Assembly (NCBI RefSeq): GCF_032191835.1
Contig: NC_083233.1
Span: 24,428,001 to 24,492,000 of the forward strand
Length of the DNA: 64,000 nucleotides
Source of the DNA: Heteronotia binoei
Taxonomy: Eukaryota
Direction: 5' to 3'
Positions 10,968 through 22,629 of the stretch are shown one piece after another; positions within the stretch are counted from its first letter, which is position 1, and the number at the start of each line of letters is the position of its first letter. Below the pieces are notes generated by a model. That model worked only from the letters and a program-made list of their open reading frames with translations. It ran no database searches and was not told where the DNA came from. A program made the position numbers and the translations under genes.

Positions 10968-12464
10968 CTCTCTCATACCGCATCTCTGTCTACCACAACA
11001 TTTTACAGACATCACCAGACATCTTGCTCACATCACCAGACTAAGCCCCTTTTACCCCATGTGGGAATCGATAACATCAGATTCCTGGGTCTTGGCGATC
11101 ATCCACAGGGGCTACATCATAGAGTTCGATTTGCCCCCGAAGCTCCACAGGTTCATAACTACCCCTCCCTCCCTTCCTCTCCAAAAAGAAATCACCACCT
11201 TGCTGGACAAGGCAGCTATAGAACCAGTTCCATTGCAGTTCCATCACACAGGGTTCTACTCCCGGTACTTTCTGGTTCCAAAAAGGGATGGGGGTCAACA
11301 TCCTATACTAGACCTGTGCAAACTCAATCACATTCGTTAGAAGAAATTCCGCATGATTACCCTGCAATCCATTCTATCACTAATTCCAGAGCAGGCCTGG
11401 ATGGCGTCAATAGATCTTCAAGACACTTACTTCCACCTCACCATCAATCATCATCACAGAAAATTTCTCAGGTTTGCCGTCGGGGATCAGCATTACCAGT
11501 TTCGTTCCCTTCTGTTCGGTCTTTCGACAGTGCCGAGGGTCTTCACAAAATGTATGGCGGTGGTGGCAGCCTCGCTTCGACAGCAGAAGATCTCCGTCTA
11601 CCCATACATAGACGATTGGCTTGTTGTGGCTCAGTCCAAGGAGCAACTCCAAACGGACATCTCTACCATCCTGGCTCTCCTAGCCTCGTTAGGTCTTCAC
11701 GTCAATCTAGCAAAATCCAACCTGACTCCTACGCAGAACATTCAGTTCATAGGAGCACGCCTTTCAATTCTAACACACAGAGCTTACCTTCCGATGGACA
11801 GAGTGCACCATATTCAATCCCCTGCCAGTACCATCATTATGCACCGTACTCAAACAGCCTTCATCTTCCAACGTATGCTGGATCTCATGGCAGCAACCCC
11901 TTCTGTTCTGTGCTTTGCAAGGCTCCATATGCGCCCTCTTCAACTGTAGTTTGTCCAGACATTTCACCCACAGTGAAAACACCAAATGACCCTACTTACT
12001 GTTCCATCGTACATCCTACCATCTCTACAATGGTGGACACTGGAACGCCATCTCTTGACTGGAATGCCGTTTATACGGCCAACCCCGTCTGCCATTGTCA
12101 TGACCAACGCTTCGAAGTGGGGATGGGGAGCCCACTTGGGAACGTAGACAGTTCATGGTCAATGGACAGATTACGAAAGATCCCTCCACATCAACTGCCT
12201 AGAACTCTTGGCAGTTCACAGAGCTCTGAGATCTTTTCTACCAACTCGTCACAGCCAACACATTCAGATCACTTCAGACAATTGCCAAGGGGGCACTGCT
12301 TACGTCCGCCTCGTCAACCCTGGTTCACCATTCTTCTTCTCCTGTCAAACAACACATTCCTCCAATTTCCCAGAGTACGCGATTTACTCTACCAACAAGA
12401 AGGCAAGGTCCTACACCATGACCCGGGTCTTCTAAAACTGACTTCCTGGAAGATCAGTTTTTGA
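10747..12464 (+). pseudogene. DIRS reverse transcriptase/RNase H, disrupted
   Basis: FYSRYFLVPKRDGG, ILDL, DLQDTYFH, LFGLSTVPRVFTK, YIDDWL; RNase H TNASKWGWGAH and HINCLELLAV; stops at 11338 and 11947. Confidence 0.92.
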
Positions 12465-12469
12465 ACTTT

Positions 12470-13202
12470 CCTTAGGAGGTTCGCCATATCATGCTTAATG
12501 CCAGAAAACTCTCCACTAGGAAATCGTACTCTCTGAAATGGAAACATTTTTCGACCTATGCTTCCAATCATAATTTCCATCCTGAACTTTCCACTATAGC
12601 TCAGATTTTAACATATACGTTGTCTCTTTCTAAGGCGGGTCAGTGACATTTGTGCTTTCAGGGCAGATCCTCCATACACTATCTTCCATCATGATAGAGT
12701 AATATTACGCCCTGACCCATCCTTTCTACTTAAAGTCGTTTCACCATTTCATTTAGGAAAACCTTCTACTCTGCCTTCATTTTTCCAACATCCTAGTGAT
12801 GAAGGTCAACGGGCCCTTCACAATTTGGATGTGCGTAGGGCTCTTGCCTTTTACATTGAACGGACACATTTTTTCCACACTAACACTAGACTTTTCGTAG
12901 CCTATGGAACCTGCAATCAGGGTTGCAAAATCTCAACCCAAAGATTTTCCAAATGGGTAGTTGCAGCCATTTCCTTATGCTACAGACTGGCTAAGCAACC
13001 TGTACCAGAATGTTTACGAGCTCATTCCACTTCAGCCATGTCCACGTCATCAGCCTTCTGCAAGGGCGTCCCGATGGAAGACATCTGCGCTGCTGCAGTT
13101 TGGTCTTCTCCATCTACGTTTGCCACGCACTACGCCTTAGACATCCGTGCTTGGCGTGACGCGTCCTTTGGACAGGCTGTATTACGTTCCATTTTTGACT
13201 GA
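12470..13202 (+). pseudogene. DIRS tyrosine recombinase remnant
   Basis: LDVRRALAFYIERT...RAHSTSAM...AAVWSSPSTFATHYALD; the HSTR arginine appears replaced by Ser; upstream part frameshifted. Confidence 0.88.
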
Positions 13203-14534
13203 CATCCCCAGTGTTCTGTTCTGTAGATACATTCCTTATTTTCTCATATGCCTACTTAACCTCTGCCTTCTTATTACAGATCCAGCACCCGCCTCCGGGC
13301 AAAATAGCTTGCCAATCACCCATGTGTGGGACTGCACAGAGACCACGAAGAAGATGGACAGGTTTCTTACCTGTAACTGATGATCTTCGAGTGGTCATCT
13401 GTGCAGTCACACACGCCCGCCCAGCCTTCCCCGCTGCTGGATTGTTTTAATTTCTCTACTTACTAGATTTCTCTATACAGCGGCTAGAAGAAACTGGGTG
13501 GGTGGAGCGCCTCTCTTCCGTTCTAGGCATGCGCAGTGGACGCCTCCTCCCCAGAACAAGAGGGAGTGCGCGCCAAAATTAATGCTTAAGATTGCTTTGA
13601 ATTCTCCGAGGTTGGGTTCAATCCAGACGGATAACCCATGTGTGTGACTGCACAGATGACCACTCGAAGATCATCAGTTACAGGTAAGAAACCTGTCACG
13701 AGAAGTCCTCCATTGAACGTTCTCCCCTCTCATGAACTCACTAGGTTGTCTGCCATTTGCACTTCAGGCTCCATTGCATTATGGGATAATAAAACTGACC
13801 TACAGAGTTCTTGCAAAGATCACAACAAGATAACATATGTGCAGCATTTAACTTTCTAAAGCATTCTATGGATTCTATGTGGTTTATGCATACCTGCTCT
13901 GGAGAGAAACGAGAGAAGACCATTGCCTTAGTTCCTTGCTTGTGGGCTTCCAGACAGCATCCAGCTGGCCACAGGGGGAAACAAGATATTGGGGTGGATT
14001 GAGTTGTGATTAGTTCACTGGGGCCATCGTTTTCAGACACAGCCCTGACTCAAACCAGCTTAACTTGCACAGGCCTCGGATTCAGTGGGAGCTCACAGGA
14101 GTGCAGCTCCTGAACCTGAGAGTTTCCACCTCCTTGTCCATTGAATAGTATGTGCAGCTGCATAACAATCCCTGGATGAGCTCCACCACCTATTTTTCTA
14201 CAAAATGACCCCTTGGGCTATACAGGGAGTTACAAAAACTGCAGCAGCCAGATAGCACCACCAGAAGAGGCACTCCCCTCGTTCATTGCTTGTGTTTAAT
14301 ATATTCAACATGTACTCAACTCTTGGATGGAATTCTTTCACTGAAATCCCAGCTGAATCCTGGGTGTGCTTTCAATGCACACTTGAGAATTCTAGTGAGA
14401 ATATGTTGAAAATCAATGTGTTTTCACTAGGATTTTCAGACTTGTGCTGTTTTCCAGTTCAGAAGATAGGAGACTAAAGGTAAATGTTGCTCATGTTCAT
14501 GAATACCCAAGAGTGGCTGTTCTTTTTTTGGTCA

Positions 14535-14727
14535 TAGATCCAGAGTAGTTAGCTGTGTTACTCTGTTGCTGTAAAATAGTAAGGAGTCCAGTAGCACCTT
14601 TAAGACTAGCAAACTTGTCGTATCATAAGCTTTTGAGAATCACCGCATCTGATGAAGAGAGCTGTGATTCTCAAAAGCTTATGCTACAACAAAATTTGTT
14701 AAAGATGCTACTGGACTCTCTACTATT
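14535..14727. mobile_element. Penelope-like pLTR fragments in inverted (head-to-head) arrangement
   Basis: aatagtaaggagtccagtagcacctttaa...aagcttttgagaatcac mirrored by gtgattctcaaaagctt...aaagatgctactggactctctactatt. Confidence 0.7.
14645..14684 (+). ncRNA. Minimal (dimer-type) hammerhead ribozyme-like motif, G12 mutated
   Basis: GCAT-CTGATGA-A-GAGAG ctgtga TTCTC-AAAA-GCT-T-ATGC: stem I GCAT/ATGC, intact CUGAUGA, 5-bp stem II, palindromic AAGCTT; GAAA reads AAAA. Confidence 0.55.
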
Positions 14728-15717
14728 ATCCTTTTTTGCTATCTGACATCTTGAAATCTGTTGTCGTCCTGCCCCCCCAGCACCATGTAATCCAACTAGA
14801 GAAGTCAGCCTCCAGGTGGGACCTGGGGATCCCCCAGAACTGCAGCTCATCTCCAGACTACAGAGATCAGTTTCCCCAGACAAAATGGATGCTTTGCATA
14901 ATGGACTCCGGCATTGTGCCCCACTGAGATCCCTGTCCTCCCCAGGCTCCATCTCCAAATCCCCAGGAGTTTCCCAACCTGGAGCTGGAAACTCTTCCTC
15001 TGCCAGTGGCCTTGGGGGACTTGACAACCCTAAATCTAGCTGCATCTGCAATGTTCTGGAACCTGTTCTAGGATTCTGCAAATTATGCTAGAGCAGTGAT
15101 CTTCAGTCCCGTTCTTTGGGGGCAAGGCTAAAAGCCTTTTATAGTCTCCACTTTTCTGGCACCTTCGTATGTTTAGGTTTTTATACTCCACGTATTTCTT
15201 CCTAGTGGGGACCCAAACAGGCTTACAATATTGTTCTGCTTCCATTTTATCTTCACGGGCACCATGTGAAGTATGTTAAGTTAGGCTGAGCGTGCATGAA
15301 TGGTCTATTACTGCCCAGGGGAGCTTCCATGGCAGTGGGGATTTGAACTCGGGACTCTCAGCTCCTAGTCTGACACTCTGACCACTGCAGCATAAGGGGC
15401 TCACTGTTCGTATGCATAAAGAAAGGCTTCAAGTTCAGGCCCTTGATCTCTGGTGTCTCTGCACACCCTAAGCAGAACAGCAAGGTAAGGTCACTAAGGA
15501 ATCGATTCCTCCACAGTGCTGCTGGTCCTTGAGTGTGTTCCTCACTGCACCTACCTTCTGATGCTCACAGCTTGTGTTTCCTGGTCTACAGCCCTGGCCA
15601 TGTCACTGGCAATAACACTGGTTCCTTCTCTGTCGCACAACAGAGTTTGTGCCTCTGTTGTTGTTAAGAAGCTGCTTTAAGTTAGGAGGTTGTCTATTGG
15701 TGAGAAGGCCTCTAGAG

Positions 15718-16328
15718 TAGGGGTGTCAAATTCATTTGTTATGAGGACTGGATCTGACAAAAATGAGACATTGTTGGGCTGAGCCATGCTGGACCGGGCC
15801 CTGTGCGTTCCTGTTTAAGATTAGGTAGCAGAGATATAAACTTTATAAAGGACACAAACAAACACAATAAAAAAAAATTTGTTTAAAAAAACTTAAAAGT
15901 ACTTAAAACATTAGCACTTGGTCTTAAAGGTGCTTTCTTTGTATTTCTCCCATAGGATCCAGGGAACTGGGCAAAGGAAACTCTGGCTCTTTCCTTCCCT
16001 CCCCATGGGACCGGGAGGGGGAGAAGTCTCAGCCAATAGAAGGAAGAGAGGATTGGCTCAGTAGATTTGCTGTGTGAGTGAGAGAGCCTGGCAAAGCAAG
16101 CTCTCCCTTCCCCCCTTTCTCCCCAAGTGAGAAACATCAGGCAATGGAGAAAACAGAGGTTTTGCTCTGTAGCTCCTGTAGAGTTGAGCAAGCCTTGCAA
16201 AGCAAGCTGTGATTCAGAAAGGAGCAAGAGGGGGAGAAGGAAGCAGATGAGAGCCAGTTGCTCAGGAGCCTGATAGGAGCCCTCCGGGGGCCTGATTTGG
16301 CCCCTGGGCCGCATGTTTGACACCCCTG
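15718..16328. mobile_element. hAT-type non-autonomous element (TIR taggggtgtcaaa...tttgacacccctg)
   Basis: Terminal inverted repeats; near-identical family member at 48538-48990. Confidence 0.75.
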
Positions 16329-16329
16329 A

Positions 16330-16760
16330 TCGAAGAGCTGGGCCCTCTTACGGTCGCAGCTCGGCCCGTGGCCTCTCTCTGGCTTAGGATGGGACGTGGA
16401 AAAGCAATTCCATTGCAGACCAAAAGTGCCGAGCAAAGGGACGCGGCTACTTTCCCTATCTCTATGTTCTTCTGTCCGCTGTCGCGCTTGTTTAACGTCA
16501 TAAGGTAGCGACCGTCTGCGTCGCTGAGGGAGAAGAGCCCTGTGGAGATGCCTCCCAAAGGAAAAGGCGCCGGCAAAGGAGGAAAAGGTGAGGAGACAGA
16601 GACAGGACGGCAGAACCACCTCGGGTATGCTTGCCGCCCTGACGAGTTCTGGCGGGCGGGACTGAGCAGTGGGAGTCTTCGTTTCCCTCTCTTGTCCTTT
16701 GTTAAGAGCAGGGCTGCCAATCCCCATGTGGGCGCAGGGGATCCCTCGGTTTGGGGGCCC
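16330..16760. promoter_or_regulatory. CpG-rich PIN4 promoter/first-exon region
   Basis: Local CpG enrichment around PIN4 exon 1 against a CpG-poor background. Confidence 0.65.
16548..16587 (+). CDS. PIN4: PIN4 (parvulin-14) exon 1
   Basis: ATG CCT CCC AAA GGA...AAA G|gtgagg; MPPKGKGAGKGGK. Confidence 0.93.
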
Positions 16761-17674
16761 TCACCCCGCTTCAGGGTCATAAGAAAGCAGGGAGGGGAGG
16801 AGGGAAATGTCTGCTGGGTACTCCACTATTCCCTGTGGAGATCGATTCCCACAGGGTATCATGGAGAATTGATCTGCTGGTATCTGGGGCTCTGGGGGGG
16901 GGGAGCTGTTTTTTGAGGTAGATGCACCAAATTTGCAGCATAGCATCCAGTGTCTCTCCTCAACACACCCTCCAAGATTCAAAAGGATTGGACCAGGCGT
17001 TCCAATTCTATGAGCCCCAAAAGAAAGCGCCCCTGTGTTTCAGTATTTCTAATGGAGGGAAGGTAATTAAAAGGTGTGCGGTCCCTTTAAATGTGATGGC
17101 CAGAACTCCCTTCTAAGTTCAACTGTGCTTGTTCCTTGCTCCTGGATCCACCCCCAGTTCCTAGATATTTCTTGAATTGGACTTGGCAACCCTAGTTGAG
17201 AGCAGGGAATCCAGGGGTCTGGGTGATGCATTCACCACTTTTATGGCAAAGGGAGCATAACACTGCCCATTTTTATTGCCGTGGTTTCCACAAAAAACAA
17301 TTAAAATCCAGGGATAGGGTTGCCAGTCTCCAGTACTTAGAGATCTCCTGCTATTACAGTTGATTTCCAAATGACCAAGATCAGTTCCCCTGGAGAAAAT
17401 GGTGGCTTCGGAGGGTGGATTCTATAACATTTTACCCTGCTGAGGTCACTCCACTCCCCACACCTTGCCCTCCCCAAGATCCACGGCCCAAATTTTCAAG
17501 CATTTACCAAGCCAGAGCTGGCAACCCTGTGAAGTGGTGGTTTTGTGCCAGTGCTCTATATCAGGGGTCCCCAACTACCGGTCCATGGACCGGTACTGGT
17601 CTGTGGCCTCTTAGCAACCGGGCCGTGAGTTGTGTAATTATTTCAATATATATTACAATGTAAGAAGACAACAT

Positions 17675-17929
17675 TGAATTTATATCCCACCCTCCACTCC
17701 GAATCTCAGAGTGGCTCACAATCTCCTTTACCTTCCTCCTCCACAACAGACACCCTGTGTGGTAGGTTGGGCTGAGAGAGAGCTCTTACACCAGCTGCCC
17801 TTTTAAGGACAGCTCCTACGAGAGCTATGGCTGACCCAAGGCCATTCCAGCAGCTGCAAGTGGAGGAATGGGGAATCAAATCCGGTTCTCCCAGACAAGA
17901 GTCTGCACACTTAACCACTACACCAAACT
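17675..17929 (-). mobile_element. Long tRNA-derived SINE (gecko-type), inserted within a hAT-like MITE (~17561-18048)
   Basis: Head tttggtgtagtggttaagtgtgcagactc...; same family at 28180-28462(+), 31324-31593(-), 54307-54577(-), 63336-63569(-). Confidence 0.85.
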
Positions 17930-18688
17930 AATAGAAAGAAAGTGCACAGTTGTATTATCCCAAAGCCATCATGCCCCCACCCTGGTCCATGGAAAGACTG
18001 TCTTCCACAAAACCGGTCCCTGGTGCCAAAAAGGTTGGAGACTGCTGTTCTACATGACTTGGTAGGGCTCTAGCTGCTTTGTTGAACTACAGTTACCCAG
18101 GGTTTCTTAGACTGCTGCTACAGAAATTCATTAGGCTGGAAACCGGTACGGATGCCTTTCAGTGACTGGGATGCATGTATGAAGTTGCCTTATGCTGAAC
18201 CAGACCATCGACCCATCTATTTATTCATTTATTATTCAGTAAGTTTGTATCCTGCTTTTCCTTTTAATAGCTCATTTGCCTTTCCTCTCATTTCCTAAGA
18301 AAGCCCTGTAATATGGGGTAGGCTAAGAGAGAATGACTGACCCTAGGTCACCTGGTGTGCTTTATTACAGGCTGGGGATTTGAACCTGGGTCTTGCAGCC
18401 TGCATCCTGACACACTCTCTGCTGCCCACACTGACTTTTGACACAGCCCACTGCTGTCTACTCTGATGAGCAGCAACTCTCTAGTCTTAGACTCTCAGGC
18501 AGAGGTATTCCCCAGCCCTGGTCCCTTCGCTGGGGATGCCGATTGAACTGGGAATGTTCTACATATAAAGCATGATTATACTTTGGTTGGGGCTGTCTAC
18601 CAGACACAGAGCCCAGCACTAGCCTTAGGATGTGAGATTGCAGTTGGTCTTGCCCATCTCACTGTTGCCTGTTTTTGTGTTTTCCAAG

Positions 18689-18762
18689 GAGGAGCAACGT
18701 CTGGAGGGGATGCTGCTGATAAGAAGGCCCAAGGCCCCAAAGGGGGTGGCAGCAGTGTGAAG
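18689..18762 (+). CDS. PIN4: PIN4 exon 2
   Basis: aag|GA...AAG|gtgggt; GGATSGGDAADKKAQGPKGGGSSVK. Confidence 0.93.
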
Positions 18763-19260
18763 GTGGGTGCTAGCAATTTTCATGGGTGATCTCTATAAGG
18801 GCCCAGCTTTAGTCAAAAAGGTATATTGACCACACAGAAAGAACACAGTAAGAGATAGATAAAGAGGAAACACCTGTGCTCCAAATTTCTTACAAGGGGT
18901 TATTTCTACAATTTACATTGATTTTAAGTAAGTGTTACTTAATATAATACCTCATTCAATTAATATTTATTTTTATGAATTTTTCTATGCATTTATATTG
19001 TTACAAAAAAGAAAATTACCATCTAATTTTTATACATGAACTTTTTGGTAATTTCACACACAATCATATCGCTAACATAGAAAGAAACACTGAAGAGTCC
19101 AACAGATGACAAGGTCTGTACTCAATATCCTGTTTGCTTTGTATTTTAATAAATCCTTCAGTAGACGTGGCAATACAGCTAGACCAAAGTCCCAATATTC
19201 TCCAAAGTTACAAGAAGGTTATGTAATAGACAGGACTCAGAGACTGTATTGAAGTATATA

Positions 19261-19315
19261 GGATGACACGTATTCTAGATAATCACGTGTTTCGACATTC
19301 ACTTCTTCTCGATCG
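19261..19315 (-). ncRNA. Type I hammerhead ribozyme-like fold (degenerate core) in probable Penelope-like remnant
   Basis: Minus strand: cgat-CGAGAAGA-agtgaatgtc-GAAA-cacgt g att atctag aat acgtg-T-C-atcc; stem III ACACGT/ACGTGT; GUC cleavage triplet. Confidence 0.5.
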
Positions 19316-19740
19316 TAATAAATCAATTTGGAACCAATGCTCAAAACGGCTATTCTTGCATCTAGTCAGTTGCTCATTAGAGGCATCAGTGGTTCTCGTC
19401 AAAAAGGTGGCAGGTGGGTGGGCGGAAGAATAGTATGATGTTCCTTCCCTGACATTGTCAGAACTGCGCAGGAAATGAAGAAGAAACAACAAAGTTCAGC
19501 AGAAGGCTCTCTTTGTAGACTTTAGTTACACTGGGGTCAGCCCTGAAGTAGAGTTGCCAGCTCTTGGTTGGGAAGTACCTGGAGATTTTGGGGGTGGAGT
19601 TTCTGGAGGGCTGGGTTTGGGGAGGAGAACAGATTCAACGGGGTATGATGCCATAGAGTTCACCTTCCTCCATCTGAAGTGATCTCTGTCACTTCGAGAT
19701 CAGTTGTAATCTCAGATCTCTAGCCACCGCTTGGAGGTTA

Positions 19741-20357
19741 CAGTGCAAAATACAAATTGTGCATGAACATTTAAAAGTGAATTTTATCTCAAGAGAAAAA
19801 TACTAGTGCACATTCACAAAAGGACCGTAGCTCACATAGGTAATAAACAAGTCTTTTGTCGGTGTGAAATCCACAAACGGATAATAGCTGTGCAGGCTGC
19901 TACAGAGGTTTGAGCTGGTGCCAACTTTTCATAGCTGGTGGTGTGTAAGGAGGTGATTATAGAAAAAATTTTTGGAGGTTCCTTCCCCCTGTTGAGTGCT
20001 TGCTCTTGACAAAGCCGAGGTTGCTACATGCAACTCCAAAATTCGATAAATAATTAGCTGACAAACGCGTAGAGAAGATTTATTCTGTTGTGATTTATTA
20101 CACTGAAAGTTGAACCTGCCTGGAGGGCTTTTCAGGGAAGAAATGTATCTTCAAAGCAAAAAGAGATGCTAATGTGGATAATTAACAAAGTAATTGCATG
20201 GATTTGTAGGCCTATTATCAGTTTGTGGATTTTACACCGACAAGAGATGTGTTTATTGCCTATGTGAGCTATGCTCCTTTTGTGAATGTGCACTAGTATT
20301 ATTCTCTTTAGATAAAATTCACTTTTAAATATTCATGCACAGTTTGTATTTTGTACT
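19741..20357. mobile_element. Insertion with ~147-bp inverted arms and long TSD-like flanks (Penelope-like or foldback)
   Basis: Arms 19741-19887 and 20212-20357 about 90% identical; host repeat sequence cttggaggtt occurs on both sides. Confidence 0.7.
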
Positions 20358-21171
20358 GGGATTTCTACTGTGTACTGCTTGATTTTCTAACCACTTGGAG
20401 GTTGGCAATCCTACCCTGAACAACAAGCTACATTGGAAGAGAACCCCCCCCCCCAAGAGTATTCTGCAGTGTTATTCTTTCAGATGGGAACTGGGGTGGA
20501 AACAGGATTTGCTTCAGAATCTCTCACTGCTAACTTGCATTAGTAGGGTGAGGTGGGCCACAAAAGAATGATAGCAAAGTTCAGACCCTCACGAGGGTTG
20601 GTTTCAAAGAATTTGGAAAATTGTATTAATGACAAAACTTACAGTGATGCGACAAATCAGCTTGTACATACAGGCTCTGTGTTTGCTACAGTCTGGAAGA
20701 GTAAGTTCCAAGATAGAGCTTAGTGTTATGTATTTTTTTGTTTGGCTATAATCTTTAGGGAGGTATGTTATCTTTTCTTACGTATCGTTTATATGTAAAT
20801 GAAAGAGCTCGGGGTGGAGGGGGAACCAGAGATGATTCTAGACTGCAAGTGTAGTTCAAGAGCCCAAATGCAGCAGGGAGATTTTAAAAATATGTATATA
20901 GATACACAAGGAACTTCTCATTTCATATGAAGCAGTGTGGGTTCTAAACTTTATTTGCAAATCAGACAAAAGTAGGCTTGTGATAGGTAAAATGAATATA
21001 GCTGGTTAAAAAAGAATGATGTTTAGGAAACGGAGCAGGCAAAAGGTTGCTCGTACCGCGGAGATGGTACAGACACTCAACAGGTTTACTGTTGAGGGAT
21101 GTGCCTATAGTGTTTGTTTTTGATGATGCAAGAGGTCTGTATTCTTAATATGTCTTGGGTTTTTTCCCTAG

Positions 21172-21291
21172 GTGAGGCACATTTTGTGTGAGAAGCACAG
21201 CAGAGCCCTTGAGGCCCTGGAGAAACTGAAGGCCGGCATGCGCTTCAGTGAAGTTGCGTCCCAGTACAGCGAGGACAAAGCCAGGCAGGGG
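21172..21291 (+). CDS. PIN4: PIN4 exon 3
   Basis: tag|GTG...GGG|gtatgt; [40 protein letters not shown] (PPIase domain). Confidence 0.96.
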
Positions 21292-21329
21292 GTATGTTTT
21301 TTGGAATGCTCACAGGGACAGGCTGAACT

Positions 21330-21512
21330 CAAGGCTTTTTTTTGTAGCAGGAACTCCTTTGCATATTAGGCCACACATCCCTGATGTGGCCAGTCCTCCA
21401 AGAGCTTACAGGGCTCTTAGTACAGGACCTACAGTAAGCTCCAGGAGGACTGGCTACATCAGGGGTGTGTGGCCTAAACTGTGAAGGAGTTCCTGCTACA
21501 AAAAAAGCCCTG
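21330..21512. mobile_element. Palindromic hAT MITE
   Basis: cagggc-type TIRs; 8-bp TSD gctgaact at 21322-21329 and 21513-21520; family copies at 27827-27964, ~34715-34875, 53396-53578, variants ~26105-26285 and ~59840-60035. Confidence 0.88.
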
Positions 21513-22188
21513 GCTGAACTGATCCAGAGTGGTAGCGCAAAGTTTGAGTCTAGTGACACCTTTATGACCAACAAAGCTTAATTATGGGTCTAAGCTTTTG
21601 TCTGTATGCAATGGTTACCCATCTGAATTGATCTAAAGTGGTGTCACACTTTACCCTGAAAGGCTATGTGAGAAAGTGGGCAGTAAGGATACCATAGTCT
21701 TGTTTTGCCTTAGCTGTAGAATTCTTTTTTCCCACATTCTGCTGACAGATTTGGAGGCACTGGGCTGCTTGTGATCTGGACTTCCTGATTCAGGAATAAC
21801 ACTTTGAATGGGCAGCAGAAGGACTAAGCAAGTGAAATTTATGGGGGTGGTGATGGAATCTCCTTCTTTTATACAACTGTGCTTTATACAACACCATAAA
21901 AATACAGTGGGTTGGACCCTGCCAATATTTCTGCTGTCAGAACCTCACCCCCCTCCCCTATTTTGGCCACTGAAAAGGCTATGCTGAAGATCACCGATGG
22001 GGTTGCAGTGAGAAAGGGTGAGATTGAGCAGAAAAGCTGGTAGGATGTATCCTGGGTGCTTTGCAGAATAACATGATGGAGAAAAGATATGCCTTAGTAT
22101 CCCAAGAGCTTACTACCTAAGGTTCAATAATAGTAGCCAGATCAATGGAGAGAGAGAATGAAGGGGGAAAATGGGAAGAGATCTGATC

Positions 22189-22324
22189 CAGGGGTGGCCA
22201 ACGGTAGCTCTCCAGATGTTTTTTGCCTACAACTCCCATCAGCCCCAGCCATTGGCCATGCTGGCTGGGGCTGATGGGAGTTGTAGGCAAAAAACATCTG
22301 GAGAGCTACCGTTGGCCACCCCTG
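22189..22324. mobile_element. Perfect foldback MITE (hAT-like TIR caggggtggccaac)
   Basis: 63-bp arms are exact reverse complements around a 10-nt loop. Confidence 0.85.
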
Positions 22325-22629
22325 TAGACCATCTCTCACTCTGTGCCAACTATGGCCTCCTGTTTGCCACCTTCTGCTTTTTAACCCATTTAAAGTGGTC
22401 CACTTGATGTCTGTTAGAACCCATTCCTTTCCTGTACTGACTCCCACCTTATGGAATGGGCTTTCTTAAGAAGTGCGGGGGCATTTTATTTGAGTGGGCT
22501 TTTAATGGGGTTTAAGCTGCAGGCATTTTTTTGTGGAGGATTAATGGGGTGCAATAGTACGTTTTTAATATTTGGCATTGCAAGCTGCCTTGAATTGTGA
22601 GAGAAAGATATAGATATCTTAATAAAGAA

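Larger units (their letters stand above)
8769..13697 (+). mobile_element. DIRS1-type tyrosine recombinase retrotransposon (decayed)
   Basis: Inverted terminal repeats ~8769-8961 and ~13480-13697; internal complementary region 13319-13415; gag, RT/RNase H and YR remnants in the expected order. Confidence 0.95.

Noticed and set aside
16506-16547. Par17-like N-terminal extension of PIN4
   Set aside because: An in-frame TAG lies at 16506-16508 and there is no upstream ATG; only near-cognate CTG/GTG codons.
16137-16780. 196-aa and 172-aa minus ORFs at the PIN4 promoter
   Set aside because: They span a CpG island and run into a hAT MITE; no recognisable domain.
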